DNA of 64,000 nt, taken from positions 194,064 through 258,063 of the forward strand of contig CAVZSG010000001.1 of assembly GCA_963777865.1 (NCBI GenBank). The letters are read 5' to 3'. Within the stretch, counting starts at the first letter, position 1. Each line of letters starts with the position of its first letter. Both the position numbers and the translations under genes were made by a program. Below, one piece after another: positions 1 to 10,551 of this stretch. The notes beneath the pieces are model-generated. The model was not told the origin of the DNA and made no database searches. It saw only the letters and a list, made by a program, of their open reading frames with translations. This stretch comes from an uncultured Chloroflexia bacterium. GTDB lineage: Bacteria; Chloroflexota; Chloroflexia; Thermomicrobiales; UBA6265.

Positions 1-86
1 GCGCGACGGAGAGCGCTGCCCGGTAAACGGCCAAAAGTTGCTCGGAATTGATTGAGCCTGTCTCGGCCATCTTGATCGCTTTCAAA

Positions 87-111
87 TGCGGGGCGCCCAG
101 GGCGCCCCGCA
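87..111 (-). terminator. GC-rich hairpin, likely intrinsic terminator downstream of the multicopper oxidase gene
   Basis: Perfect 11-bp stem TGCGGGGCGCC / GGCGCCCCGCA with a 3-nt loop, about 20 nt after the minus-strand stop at 130. On the minus strand it is followed by TTTGAAA. Confidence 0.5.
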
Positions 112-129
112 CGAGTTGAATTTCGTTCG

Positions 130-1260
130 TTACTCGGTGACGACGAGTGCAGTAACCATTCCAAACATGCCCATTTCGCTTTCAGCGTGGCTGAGGATGT
201 GGCAGTGGAATGCCCACACGCCCAACTCGTCCGGGGTAACGATTACTTCGAATCGCTGCCCTGGCGCCACGTTCAACGTGTCGCAATAGTATGGCTGAGG
301 AAGCAGCCAGCCATCCTGCGCGATTACCTGCATCGGGAACCCGTGCAAGTGCATCGGGTGGATCATCAGGCCTTCGTTCATGAACCGGACCAGCAATCGC
401 TTGCCGATCGGACAAACGACTGGCTCCGTTGCCGGGAACCCCTTGCCATTGATGTGGAATCCACCGATTGGACCGTCGCCCAGAATCATCGTGTACTCAA
501 GGTCGAATTCCGGTCGGGTGGCCGGATCCTTCGGCTCGACGATGAAGGCACCCAGCAATCCCTTGGTGACTTGCTTCGTGGAATTGTGGTGAGAGTGGTA
601 CATGTGCGATCCGGCATTTCCAACCTTGATCGGGAACTCATATGTGAAGGTCGAGCCAGGAGTGATCGGCTCTTGCGTGATGAACGGCACACCGTCCTGG
701 GAATTCGGAACCATCAAACCGTGATAATGAATTGCCGTACTCTCGTTCAGATTGTTTGTCACGTTGATGCGAACCGTGTCGCCCTCGGTGACCCGAATTT
801 GGGGACCAGGAACTACGCCGTTGTATGCCCACGCCTCAACGACCAAACCGGGGGAATGCTCCCACTGGACGATATCGCAGGTCAGGTTGAAGACCTTGAC
901 ATCCCCGTCCATTTCCGGCTCAAGCAGGAGTCCACCCTTGCCAGCAGTCTCGGCCGGGAACGCGACGACGCCTTCCTTGTGATGCGCATCCATTTCCTGC
1001 CACGTCATGTCGTCGGCATTCAACGCGGTTGTCGTGGTCCCGTCTGTCGTGTCATGGGACATGGCCGATTCGGCGGAGGTGACTTGAACTTGTGGAATTG
1101 CCGGGGCAAATGCCGTTGCGGTGGCTCCGACTCCTGCCACCCCCAGGAGACCAAGCATTCGCCTACGGGTTACATCATTTGAAACGATGGACACTGGAAA
1201 ACCCTTCCGTTGAACCATTGAAACTCCCCGGAAGCCATTGCCCCCGGTTTTACGCTTCAT
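130..1260 (-). CDS. Tat-exported multicopper oxidase, probably the two-domain (small-laccase-like) type
   Basis: 376-aa ORF. Twin-arginine signal (TRRRMLGLLGVAGVGATATAFA). All four copper-binding motifs are present: HYHGL, HMYHSHH, HPMHLHG, HCHILSHAESEMGM. Confidence 0.85.
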   Translation of the reverse strand: MKRKTGGNGFRGVSMVQRKGFPVSIVSNDVTRRRMLGLLGVAGVGATATAFAPAIPQVQVTSAESAMSHDTTDGTTTTALNADDMTWQEMDAHHKEGVVAFPAETAGKGGLLLEPEMDGDVKVFNLTCDIVQWEHSPGLVVEAWAYNGVVPGPQIRVTEGDTVRINVTNNLNESTAIHYHGLMVPNSQDGVPFITQEPITPGSTFTYEFPIKVGNAGSHMYHSHHNSTKQVTKGLLGAFIVEPKDPATRPEFDLEYTMILGDGPIGGFHINGKGFPATEPVVCPIGKRLLVRFMNEGLMIHPMHLHGFPMQVIAQDGWLLPQPYYCDTLNVAPGQRFEVIVTPDELGVWAFHCHILSHAESEMGMFGMVTALVVTE

Positions 1261-1335
1261 ATGGTGGCGGAAGGGTCATTACTGCTGTGTTGAATTAGCC
1301 TGGCGAACTGTTACAAAACTGCGACATATGACCGA

Positions 1336-3916
1336 TCACGAGGCTCCTGGCCCGGCAACGCCGATCAGCAGCCTGTCCGGATCGAGGGATCGCCGCAATG
1401 CATCATTGGCCGATGAGAGTGTGACGTCAGCAAGTTTCTTCGGATACTCGGTCACATAGTCCAGACCAAGACCATATTCCTCGATGGTCTGGAGGAGGGC
1501 GGCAATTCCCGCATTGGTCTGCATCGTTAGCGCCAACCGTCCGGTCATGAGCTGTATCGAGCCATCCAGTTCGTCCTGAGTAAAGCCAGCATCGATCGCA
1601 TCGCGCAGCACTGCCTGGACGCTCTCGATGGCCTTGTCGACATTCGACGGATCGACACCCGCGCGTGAAAACCAGAGCGATTGCGTTTTGCCTGGGCTGA
1701 TCGAACAAAACGCGTAATAGGCCAGCCCCTGCTTCTGCCGGACACTGTCGCCGATCCGCCCCATCATCCCAAATTGCCCGAGAATCACGTCCGCCACGTC
1801 CAGCGCGTAGTAGTCGGTCGTATGCACCCCAACCACCGGTGAAACCAGCGCCACGTCAGCCTGGGACTTGCCCGCCACCCGTACGTCACTCCGGCGCGAT
1901 TCCCCCAATGGGGCGACATCAAGGGATCCGCGATCAGTTCCGGTTCGAGGAGATTTCCCAATTGCCGCAGTGACCAGGTCTGCAACGTCCGCCGTGGAAG
2001 CAAACCCACCAACCAGCGCCGCCACGACATCCGCCGCACCATAGCGTTCGGCATGGAATGATCGAATTGCGTCGGTCGTGATATTGGCCAAGTCCAGCCG
2101 CATCCCCGACCGCTCGGTGCCGCAACGGATGGCCATCCGGAAACAGCAATTCGCGAACGGCCTGATCTGCGACCGACATGGTGTTGTCGGCCGCCTGCGC
2201 CAGAATCGCACCGGCTTCCCGCCGCGTCAGCTCAAGCTGATCTTCATCAAAGATCGGGTTCTGCAGTGCATCGCCCACCAGATCGAGACACGCCTCAAGA
2301 TCGTCTGCCAGGCACGTGATCGCAACTTCAGTGAACTCCCGCCCGGACGAAATTCCGATTGAGGCACCAAGATCGTCGCACGCTTCTTCGAACGCATCCC
2401 GGGTCCGTTTGCTGGTTCCCCGCACGAGCAGTTGACTCGTTACGTGAGCAAGCCCGTGCAAGTCACTTGGGTCGTCGGCAGAGCCAATTTTCAACCGGAT
2501 CCGGGCCGCGACCACGGGATCAGCCGGTTGTGGCTGCGTCAGAATGGTCACCTTCTCGACCGGGGTCACCCGCTCGAAGGGCTGAATTGGAGGCGCCCCG
2601 ACTCCGCCCAGTCCAAAGCGCAACGCCGCCAATGACGGTCCATCGCCGCCGCTGGATTCCTCGGTCGGGATCATGTAACCAACCGTGCGATTCTGCTCTA
2701 CCAGGTACTGCTGCGCGACGCGGAGAATGTCCTCCGCGGTTACATCGGCAATCATGTCCGGATAGCTGAAGAAGTCCTCAGCATCGCCGTACATCGCCGC
2801 CTCGCCCAATCCATTTCCCTGCTCCGACACGCTCTCGGTACCGTAGTGAAACGCCGAGGTCAGCTGCTTCTTCGCCCGGGCCAACTCATCTGCTGAAATG
2901 GCAGATTGCTTGATCAGATCAAGTTGGTCTGTAAGTTCCCGGTCGAGCGTCTCGACATTGCCGTCAGGAAGGCCGGTCGCTCCAACCAGAAAGAGAAACG
3001 GGTCGATGCCTTTCAGATAATTGGAACTTGCCGAACGAGCCTTGCCGGATGCGACCAGCGATCTCGGCAACCGTGACGAGCGCCCCATCCGCCCGCCCGC
3101 ACCAGAAAGCACCGCAGCAAGCACCTCCAATGGGAATGAATCCGCGCTGCCAGCACCAGGCACGTGATACCCGGTCAGGACCTCAGGCGCCGGCGCCGGT
3201 TGGTGCAGCACAACCCGTCGTTCACCCATCTGCGTTGGTTCAACCACGGTGGACGAGTTAATGCCACCGGATGCTGGAATCGACCCGAAATGCTGCTCGA
3301 TGGTTGATTGCATGGCATCAGCATCGAACGCGCCCGTAACCACCACCACCGCATTGTCCGGCGCGTAAAAGCGGCGGTAATAGCTGTACAGATCGTCACG
3401 GGTCATCGTCTTGAGATCGTGCTCCGTTCCGATCACAAAGTGCCGGTAACTGTGATTCCGGAAAGCGGTCGCGATCGTCTCGTCCCAGAGCACGTACGAG
3501 GGATTGTTGAAGGCACCTTGCCGCTCCGACAGGATGACCGTTCGCTCCGAAGCGGTCTCGGCCTCGTCGATCAGCAGATTGACCATGCGATCAGCCTCGA
3601 GCTCTACCGCCATGCCAATCCGGTCTGCCGGCAGCGTTTCGTGATACGCAGTGAAGTCGTACGAGGTAAACGCGTTGATCTCGCCGCCGTTTTGGTTGAC
3701 GCGCAGCATCAGTTCACCGAGCCCGACCGATGGCGTGCCCTTGAACATCATGTGTTCAACCCAATGCGATACACCGGTGTGGCCCGGGAGTTCATTGCGG
3801 GAACCGACGCGATACCAAACCCAGAACGACGCAACCGGTGCATCAAAGCTCGGGTAAAGAACGATCTCCAAACCATTCGCAAGCGTCGAACGGCGCATAA
3901 GTGACTTGTCTGGCAT
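1336..3916 (-). CDS. M16 (insulinase/pitrilysin) family zinc peptidase with two tandem M16 units; apparent frameshift
   Basis: HxxEH zinc motif (HWVEHMMFKGT) near the N-terminus of ORF 1934..3976. A second M16-like unit continues without a stop. ORF 1336..2211 in another frame supplies the C-terminus, with the frame change near 2050-2110. Start taken at MPDKSLMRRSTLANG. Confidence 0.8.
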
Positions 3917-4016
3917 CAAAAACTCCTGTAATCCAGATCTGGAATGCGCGATCATGAGGCGCCAGGCTGACGGCACCGGTTCGTCATAGCTACAATATGA
4001 ACGGTTACAACGCGGA

Positions 4017-4385
4017 GTGGCAAGCTACGCGTTCGGATGGGAACGGGAGATTCACGTGGTTCAGTTTTACCCCGGACAGGCGTACGATCAGGATCTTGCG
4101 GACCTTGTCATTGCATTTCTGCAAACCAGGGATCCAATGCTTTTCCCATTCGTTACGAACTTCGATTCCAGCAAGATGAATGCCTTCATTCATGATCTGC
4201 GCGAGGGCCTGGCAGATCTGACTGATAGCGGCAGTGCACGAAAGACCTCCGCCTCCGGATTCATGATGCGCGACCGTCGCTTGCATGAAGTGGTTAGCGA
4301 ATGGGCATCTGCCGATGGCGATTGGCCGAGTGGTACCAGAGCCGACAACCCAACCTCGGCTCTCGGCAGCGTCCGCCCGGCCTGA
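4017..4385 (+). CDS. hypothetical protein (122 aa); no family recognised
   Basis: ORF fills the gap between the M16 start and the sarcosine oxidase stop. The acidic N-terminal two thirds look protein-like and the tail may be frameshifted. An antisense ORF, 4005..4490, competes for the same sequence. Confidence 0.3.
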   Translation: MASYAFGWEREIHVVQFYPGQAYDQDLADLVIAFLQTRDPMLFPFVTNFDSSKMNAFIHDLREGLADLTDSGSARKTSASGFMMRDRRLHEVVSEWASADGDWPSGTRADNPTSALGSVRPA

Positions 4386-4386
4386 T

Positions 4387-5516
4387 CTACGCAGTAAACC
4401 GGTTGATCGAGAACAGCGGCAATGTCGCTTTCTCGCCCAATGCAATCTGAACCAGCAATTCGCCAATCGCCGGCGTGAACTTGAACCCATGACCCGAGAA
4501 CCCGGCTCCCACCGTCACCCGCGATGTACCTGGCATCTTGATCGACAATGAAATTGTGATCCGGCGTCACGGTATAAAGGCATGTTGTTGCGCGCAACAC
4601 TGTCCCCGTTATCCCGTTCAGTACCTGATCTGCGACCCGAACGATCTCCGCTTTCTCATCGTCACTGACTTCACGATTCACCGAGTCTGGGTCCGCCGCG
4701 TCACCACCACTGTGAATTGCGACCTTGATTCCCGGTTCGCCCCAGGTTGGAAACCCGTAGAACTCGTACCCGGGAATGCCGGCAATGTACGCCGGCATCC
4801 GACCCGACTCGTAGATCTCCGGATTCTCGACCTCGAGCCAGAACAACGTCTTGCGCAGCACGTTCAATGGCAGGCCAAGTGCGGCGAGCATCCGTGAAGA
4901 CCAGGCCCCGGCGGTAACGATCAGGCGATCTGCCGTGGCGGATTCTCCGGAGAAGGACACACGCACGCCGGATATCGGTCTCGTCCCAATCGGTAACAGC
5001 CGCATGCTCCCGAATCTCCACCCCGGCCTCACGAGCCAATCGCCCCATCGCGTGTAAAGCGGTATCGACGTCCAGGAACCCGCCCCGATCACCGAACCCG
5101 CCCAGCCAGCCTTCGCCGACCTTGAATTGCGGAAAGCGAGCCCGAACCTCGTCCATGGTCAACCACTCGAATGGGATATCGTTGGCAATGGCCGAAGCCC
5201 GAGCCAGTTCTGCATGATTGTTGCCTGGCGCAGAGAGCTCCAGGGCACCGACCCGGTGATAAACCTTCTCCCCGGTTGCCGCTTCCAGATCCATCCAGAG
5301 GTCATCGGCCCGAAAAACCAGCGGTACGTACTCCGGCCCCTCGGCATAGGCATGTCGAATCACACGGGTCTGACCACCGTGGGCACCGTTCGTATGCACA
5401 TGATTGAACTGCTCGAGAACGAGCGTCTTCAGCCCGCGCTTGCCCAGTTCCCAGGCAGCTGCGGTTCCCATAGTGCCACCGCCAAGAACGATTACGTCGT
5501 AGTGGGTCACGGTCAT
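4387..5516 (-). CDS. monomeric sarcosine oxidase-like FAD-dependent oxidoreductase; two apparent frameshifts
   Basis: N-terminal Rossmann motif [23 protein letters not shown]. Reading continues in ORF 4190..5092. The C-terminus ([39 protein letters not shown], stop at 4387-4389) is found in a third frame by hand translation. Confidence 0.8.
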
Positions 5517-6238
5517 CCCTCGAGTAATTCCAACGGCTGGAAATTGTGGAAGGTCGGAACAGGTCCCCCCGAGGGAGCGACCCAGCGAACGCCGTTCGCG
5601 ATCACCTGCTGGACTTGCGAATTGTGAAAGGTCGGATAGGTCTCATGACCCGGCCGGAAGTAAAAGATCTTGCCCAGACCACGCGTATACGTGCAACCGC
5701 TCCGGAAAACCTCACCGCCCTTGAACCATGAAATCATGATCAATTCGTCCGGATCGGGAATATCGAAGAGCTCGCCGTACATCTCCTCCTGATCGATATC
5801 GATGTACTCCGGCAAACCCTTGGCGATCGGATGACCAGGTTTGACGATCCAGATCCGCTCGTTGTCCGTCGAGACACGCCACTTCAGGCTGCACGAGGTT
5901 CCCATCAACGCCTTGAACGGTTTGGAGTAGTGTCCGGAATGGAGCACGATCAGTCCCATACCGTCCCAGACGCGTTGCTGCACCTTGGCGGCAATCTCGT
6001 CTGATACGTCCTCGTGTGCCCGGTGTCCCCACCAGATCAAGACATCCGTTGCGTTCAGAACCTCATCGGTCAAGCCGTGCTCAGGTTCGTCCAAGGTGGC
6101 CGTACCAACCGAGAAATCGGGTTCCTGCTTAAGTCGATTGGCGATCGTGACGTGCATACCGTCCGGGTAGATCGCCTTGACAGCCTCATCTTCTCGCTCG
6201 TGCCGAAACTCATTCCAGACAGTTACTCGTAGTGACAT
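5513..6238 (-). CDS. ThuA domain-containing protein (trehalose-utilisation-like)
   Basis: 241-aa ORF with a typical ThuA-family sequence ([10 protein letters not shown]..., [21 protein letters not shown]). The start overlaps the stop of the downstream gene by 4 nt. Confidence 0.75.
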   Translation of the reverse strand: MSLRVTVWNEFRHEREDEAVKAIYPDGMHVTIANRLKQEPDFSVGTATLDEPEHGLTDEVLNATDVLIWWGHRAHEDVSDEIAAKVQQRVWDGMGLIVLHSGHYSKPFKALMGTSCSLKWRVSTDNERIWIVKPGHPIAKGLPEYIDIDQEEMYGELFDIPDPDELIMISWFKGGEVFRSGCTYTRGLGKIFYFRPGHETYPTFHNSQVQQVIANGVRWVAPSGGPVPTFHNFQPLELLEG

Positions 6239-6250
6239 ACAGCTCTCCTC

Positions 6251-7354
6251 TTAATCCGCAGCAACGCTTGCTTGTGCAGGCTGACTGATAGAGATTTCCC
6301 GACCCTCGGCGGCCGACTGGTAGATCGCATCGATGATTCGAGCTCGATCTACACCCTCCGGTCCGCTCGGAGTCATCGGCACACCAAGTGAAATCGCGTC
6401 AATGAATCGCTTGACCACAGCCTGATGCTCGTGATGAACGATCGTTCGTGGCTGCGTATCGACGGGCACCCCATCGATATCCGAGAAGAATCGCAGCGCC
6501 CCGGTCTTCTGGTAGTCGTGGACCTTGATCTCCGCACCGCCCTCGTCGCCCATCAACACCACACCGTAGTCATCGGTGTGACCACTGAATGTCGCCCAGC
6601 TGGTCTCGAGCTGAATCGCCGCGCCATCTGCGGTGCGCAGGAACGCCGTCGAGAGATCGTCCACTTCAAATGTGCTTTCGGCGGAATGTTCAAATCGGTG
6701 ACCCGCCCAATGTCCCTTGCCCTTCGGACCGAGACGGGAATAGGACATCGCCGAGACGGTCGTGATCGTCGGATTTCCCATCAACCAAAGCGTCATGTCG
6801 ATAACATGCACGCCCAGGTCGATCAATGATCCCCCGCCTGCCAACGACTTCTTGGTGAACCAGCTGCCAAGACCAGGAATGCCGGCCCGTCGCATCCAGA
6901 AGGCCTTTGCGTAATAGATCTCACCGAGATCGCCTGCCAGTATCCGCGACTTGAGCAGTTCGGTATCGGCCCGGTACCGCTTGTTGAAGGCGATTCCAAG
7001 GACTTTCCCCGCTTCGTTCGCGGCATCGACGATCTGCTGCCCTTCCGCCGCCGTCAAACCAATCGGCTTCTCCAGCAATACATGCTTGCCGGCCTTGAGG
7101 GCCGCAATCGCGATCGGCATGTGCAGGTAATTGGGCACCGCGATGCTCACCGCGTCGATATCCGCACGCGTGAGCAGCTCTTCGTAATTCGTCGTGTGTT
7201 CTGGAATTCCGTGGCGCTTGCAGATTTCCAGACATCTGGGAATATCTAACCCCGCCAGCGAGATCACGTCAGCTCGCTTGTCCAGCAAATACGCCTCAGC
7301 ATGAAAGTCGCCGATACCGCAGCCAATAATGCCGATTCTCAAGTTGTTGGACAT
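6251..7354 (-). CDS. Gfo/Idh/MocA family NAD(P)-dependent oxidoreductase
   Basis: 367 aa. N-terminal Rossmann motif RIGIIGCGIGDFHAEAY and an EKP motif (LLEKPIGLT). Adjacent to ThuA, as in ThuA/ThuB-type pairs. Confidence 0.85.
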   Translation of the reverse strand: MSNNLRIGIIGCGIGDFHAEAYLLDKRADVISLAGLDIPRCLEICKRHGIPEHTTNYEELLTRADIDAVSIAVPNYLHMPIAIAALKAGKHVLLEKPIGLTAAEGQQIVDAANEAGKVLGIAFNKRYRADTELLKSRILAGDLGEIYYAKAFWMRRAGIPGLGSWFTKKSLAGGGSLIDLGVHVIDMTLWLMGNPTITTVSAMSYSRLGPKGKGHWAGHRFEHSAESTFEVDDLSTAFLRTADGAAIQLETSWATFSGHTDDYGVVLMGDEGGAEIKVHDYQKTGALRFFSDIDGVPVDTQPRTIVHHEHQAVVKRFIDAISLGVPMTPSGPEGVDRARIIDAIYQSAAEGREISISQPAQASVAAD

Positions 7355-7470
7355 GCGACTTTTGCCGTCTCCGCGCGCGCGTGGGGTTCCCCGTCAGTCG
7401 AGTCGCAAACGCGCGAACCCGATTAACGGGGAAGCCTGACATGACATTGAACGAACTTCAATCCAGAGCG

Positions 7471-8640
7471 TCAGGGAGCCGTCAAAACCTGGACTTCGGT
7501 CAATTCCCCAGGAAGCGTCTGCACATCCATTGACAGCAAAATCGGCGTGCCTGTCAATTCGATGAGCTGCAACCGATAGACACCCGGAAGTACCCAGACT
7601 GCATCGCCAAACTCAATCTGATCTTCCCAGATGATCACCCCACTGAGGTCGGTGAATCGATAGATCTCCCCACCACCGTGCGGGAACCGGAAGACCGATC
7701 CACGGATAAATGACGTCTTGTCCCCTTCGACGCTTACCGTAATGCGCGTTTCGGTGCCACTGGGATTCAGCCAATAGACCTCGTACGCACCCGCCGGTAC
7801 TTCGACCCGATTGGACGTGCTCAGGGTCACGGTGAACGGATCGCCGCCATCTGGATCGCTGTCGTCTGGAGCCGCGACGCCATCGATCGTCGCCTTGGGG
7901 AAAATCCCTCCGATCGATTCGATCTCGATGAACCCGTTCGCGATCACGACCTCGAGCTCATCGAGAATCGTGAACAATGCGTCACTCAGTTCGCCCGCGT
8001 CTCCGGCCCCGAGCAGCAACCCGCCACTCTCGTCAACGATGCATTGCAGGTTCGCTTGCTCTGTCTCGTCCAGGGCGAATCCGATCACATGGGTTGTGAT
8101 CGCCGCGTCGCCCGTCTTGATCTGGCGAGACGCCGAACAAGGATCACCGCCACACGTCTCCAGTCCATCAGTAACCAGGACGACCGCGTTTACCGTGTTC
8201 TCATTGGCATCAGGGAAGTCCTCTTCAGATTCGCGCAGCGACAGTGAGAGTGGCGTCCAGCCGACCGGCTCATACGCGTCAACTTCCGCTTGTAACGCCA
8301 CCTTGTCGACGCCATCGATCGGCACCTTCTGCTCGGTCGATTGGCAACTCACACTCTTGCCAGCTTCGGTGTTGTTGCCCTTGTGACCGTAAACCCGGAA
8401 TCCGACATTGACCCCGTCCCGCTCGGGAAGCTGGTCGATCATATCGGTAAGCACTTCCTTCGCCGCATCGATCCGGGTTTGTCCGGATTCCAGCTGCTCG
8501 GCCATTGATCCGGACGAATCAAGTATCAGCTCGACGTTGACTACCTTCGCAGACGACTGCGCTCGTGCCGTCGAAATACCAGGCGCGGAAATCATTGCCA
8601 GGACAAGAACCAGAAGTAATCGCATCAAGCCTCGCTGCAT
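7471..8640 (-). CDS. secreted von Willebrand factor type A (vWA) domain protein
   Basis: Signal peptide (LLLVLVLAMISAPGISTARA). MIDAS motif DSSGSM, followed by VLVTDGLETCGG. The C-terminal ~170 aa are unassigned. Confidence 0.8.
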   Translation of the reverse strand: MQRGLMRLLLVLVLAMISAPGISTARAQSSAKVVNVELILDSSGSMAEQLESGQTRIDAAKEVLTDMIDQLPERDGVNVGFRVYGHKGNNTEAGKSVSCQSTEQKVPIDGVDKVALQAEVDAYEPVGWTPLSLSLRESEEDFPDANENTVNAVVLVTDGLETCGGDPCSASRQIKTGDAAITTHVIGFALDETEQANLQCIVDESGGLLLGAGDAGELSDALFTILDELEVVIANGFIEIESIGGIFPKATIDGVAAPDDSDPDGGDPFTVTLSTSNRVEVPAGAYEVYWLNPSGTETRITVSVEGDKTSFIRGSVFRFPHGGGEIYRFTDLSGVIIWEDQIEFGDAVWVLPGVYRLQLIELTGTPILLSMDVQTLPGELTEVQVLTAP

Positions 8641-8721
8641 GGTGTCTCCCTCAATGTCAAATCGCCCGATTGTCAGCTCTGTCGACGCATATCGTACGTC
8701 GTTCCTCGGTAACCTGAAACG

Positions 8722-9573
8722 CTAACGCGCACCACGGGCAACAAGTGTCACCAGTGTCACCTCCGGCGGGCAGTTGAAGCGCGCCGGCGGCCGGTACACG
8801 CCGACACCGCGCGAGGTGTAGATCCGCATGTCACCAACCTGGTGCTCTCCGATCACATAACGCTTGCCATGGATTGGAAGCCCAACTGGACCAATACCTG
8901 GCAACCGGATCTGACCACCATGGGTGTGACCCGAAAGCTGGCCAAATGCACCCAATCGCGACGCCTGCTCGGCAAACTCAGGCTCGTGCCAGAGCGCGAG
9001 TGTCGGCACGCCAGCCGCAATCTGCGAAATCGTCTCGGCCGGCTGTGGATCACCCAGCAGCGTCTCGTCGATGCCGGCAATCGCCAGTTCACTGCTTCGG
9101 AATCGAACCGAGGCGCTCTGGTTACGCAGGACCGGAATGCCAACCGCCTCCAATGCCTCCTGCACACGCGTCCGCGAGACGGATAGATCGTGGTTGCCCA
9201 TCACGGCATAGCCGCCCAGCGGCGTGCTGCTGAGCAACGACTGCAGCACGGCAGCCGTATCAGGGGCATAGCGTGGCGATTCTGAAATGTAATCGCCTCC
9301 GAAAAGCATCAAATCCGGAGATTCAGCCTGGAGCAGATCGACCGCCCGTTGCAGGTCTTCCAACGCAATGAACGGACCAACATGCGTATCGGTCATGAAA
9401 CCGATCCGCATTCCATCGAGTCCCTCCGCTCCGGCCGGCAACGGCATTTCAACCCGCTCAAGTTGTGGTCGGTATGGATTGACGTACCTGGCCTGATAAA
9501 TCTCGAAGGCGGTCAATCCACCCGCGGCCAGAACACCGGCAACGCCACCCTGCACAAATGCTCGCCTGGACAT
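8722..9573 (-). CDS. Tat-signal metallophosphoesterase (calcineurin-like)
   Basis: MSRRAFVQGGVAGVLAAGG signal. Motifs DTHVG, GGDY, GNHD and GHTHGG. Confidence 0.85.
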   Translation of the reverse strand: MSRRAFVQGGVAGVLAAGGLTAFEIYQARYVNPYRPQLERVEMPLPAGAEGLDGMRIGFMTDTHVGPFIALEDLQRAVDLLQAESPDLMLFGGDYISESPRYAPDTAAVLQSLLSSTPLGGYAVMGNHDLSVSRTRVQEALEAVGIPVLRNQSASVRFRSSELAIAGIDETLLGDPQPAETISQIAAGVPTLALWHEPEFAEQASRLGAFGQLSGHTHGGQIRLPGIGPVGLPIHGKRYVIGEHQVGDMRIYTSRGVGVYRPPARFNCPPEVTLVTLVARGAR

Positions 9574-9604
9574 CAGAGCATCTTCCCGGTTGGTTGCATC
9601 TGGT

Positions 9605-10551
9605 TCAGTCCAATCGTTCGATGAATGCACGCACAAGCAATCCAGCTGTCATCAGCAGTCCAAAACGAAAGTGTAGCTGCGCGGTCAGGCGCACCCCGAG
9701 GTTCAAAGCCGGGATATCTTGATGACGTCTCACAAGCTGTACAAGTTTCCATGCCGCGGGTACAACGGCGAAAACCGCAAGCGTCGGCCAATTCGCTGGC
9801 CAGAAAATCACCAGCAGCACCGTAAATCCGAACGCTGATGCAATGAATGTCGTGAACTCGCTGATCGCACCCTTGCGTCCCAGTACGTGGGCCAACGTAC
9901 GCTTGCCTGCCTCCCGATCGCTATCGAAATCGCGAATATTGTTGACATGCAAAATTGCCGAAACCAGCGCGGAAAGCCCGAGCGACCCAATCGCAACCTC
10001 CCAGGTCAGCCGCTCGGCCATGGCGTAATACGTCCGCAGATGATTCCCATTCCCATGAAAACCCAGACGGTCAGTTCACCCAACGCCATATACCCGAGCG
10101 GCTTCGAACCGCCGGTGTAGAGGATCGCTGCCAGCAAACTGGGAATAGTCAGGAGCAACAGCCACCAGGTCGAGAGCGCCAGAATCAACAGTCCAATCGC
10201 TGTCGCAATTCCAAACGCGAATATCATCCCGTTGCGAACCTGATCGGCGGTAAGCCAACCATCCTGGATGACCCCACCTCGTCCAACGGTGGTTGTGTCG
10301 TCGATACCCTTCTGATAATCGAAGTAGTCGTTGGCGAGATTGCATCCTGCGTGACATAACACACACGCGGCCAGAATCAGTGGAAAGAGAAGAGGGGAGA
10401 ACTCCCGATCGGTCAGCGCAAATGCGCTACCGATCAGTACCGGCGTGATTGAGGCTGTGAACGAGAAAATGCGGACCGCCCGCATCCATACCCTGCGTGT
10501 CGAAGGTCGCGGCGCGCTTGACTGCATCATGGCCGTCCGTCCACTCGCCAC
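9605..10551 (-). CDS. menA: 1,4-dihydroxy-2-naphthoate polyprenyltransferase (UbiA superfamily); one apparent frameshift
   Basis: NDYFDYQKGID motif and multiple TM segments in ORF 10006..10551. ORF 9605..10021 supplies the C-terminal TM helices in another frame, with the junction near 10015. Confidence 0.7.

Noticed and set aside
187-1182. Long plus-strand ORF (331 aa) antisense to the multicopper oxidase. Similar long antisense ORFs occur at 12080..12988, 14790..16079 (429 aa), 18239..19201, 32524..33387, 44414..45895 (493 aa), 51638..53317 (559 aa) and 60998..62011.
   Set aside because: Each lies exactly opposite a gene with clear family motifs. The translations are Arg/Pro/His-rich and low in complexity with no recognisable motifs. 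These are typical shadow ORFs of GC-rich DNA.
4005-4490. 161-aa minus-strand ORF overlapping the sarcosine oxidase 3' end and the 4017..4385 plus-strand ORF.
   Set aside because: Its upstream part is an out-of-frame reading of the sarcosine oxidase C-terminus, whose true end (…FSINRFTA) lies in another frame at 4387. The remainder has no motifs.
7380-7440. Imperfect inverted repeat (TTCCCCGT ... ACGGGGAA) downstream of the vWA gene, considered as a possible terminator.
   Set aside because: The loop is about 33 nt and there is no U-tract, which is too weak to call.
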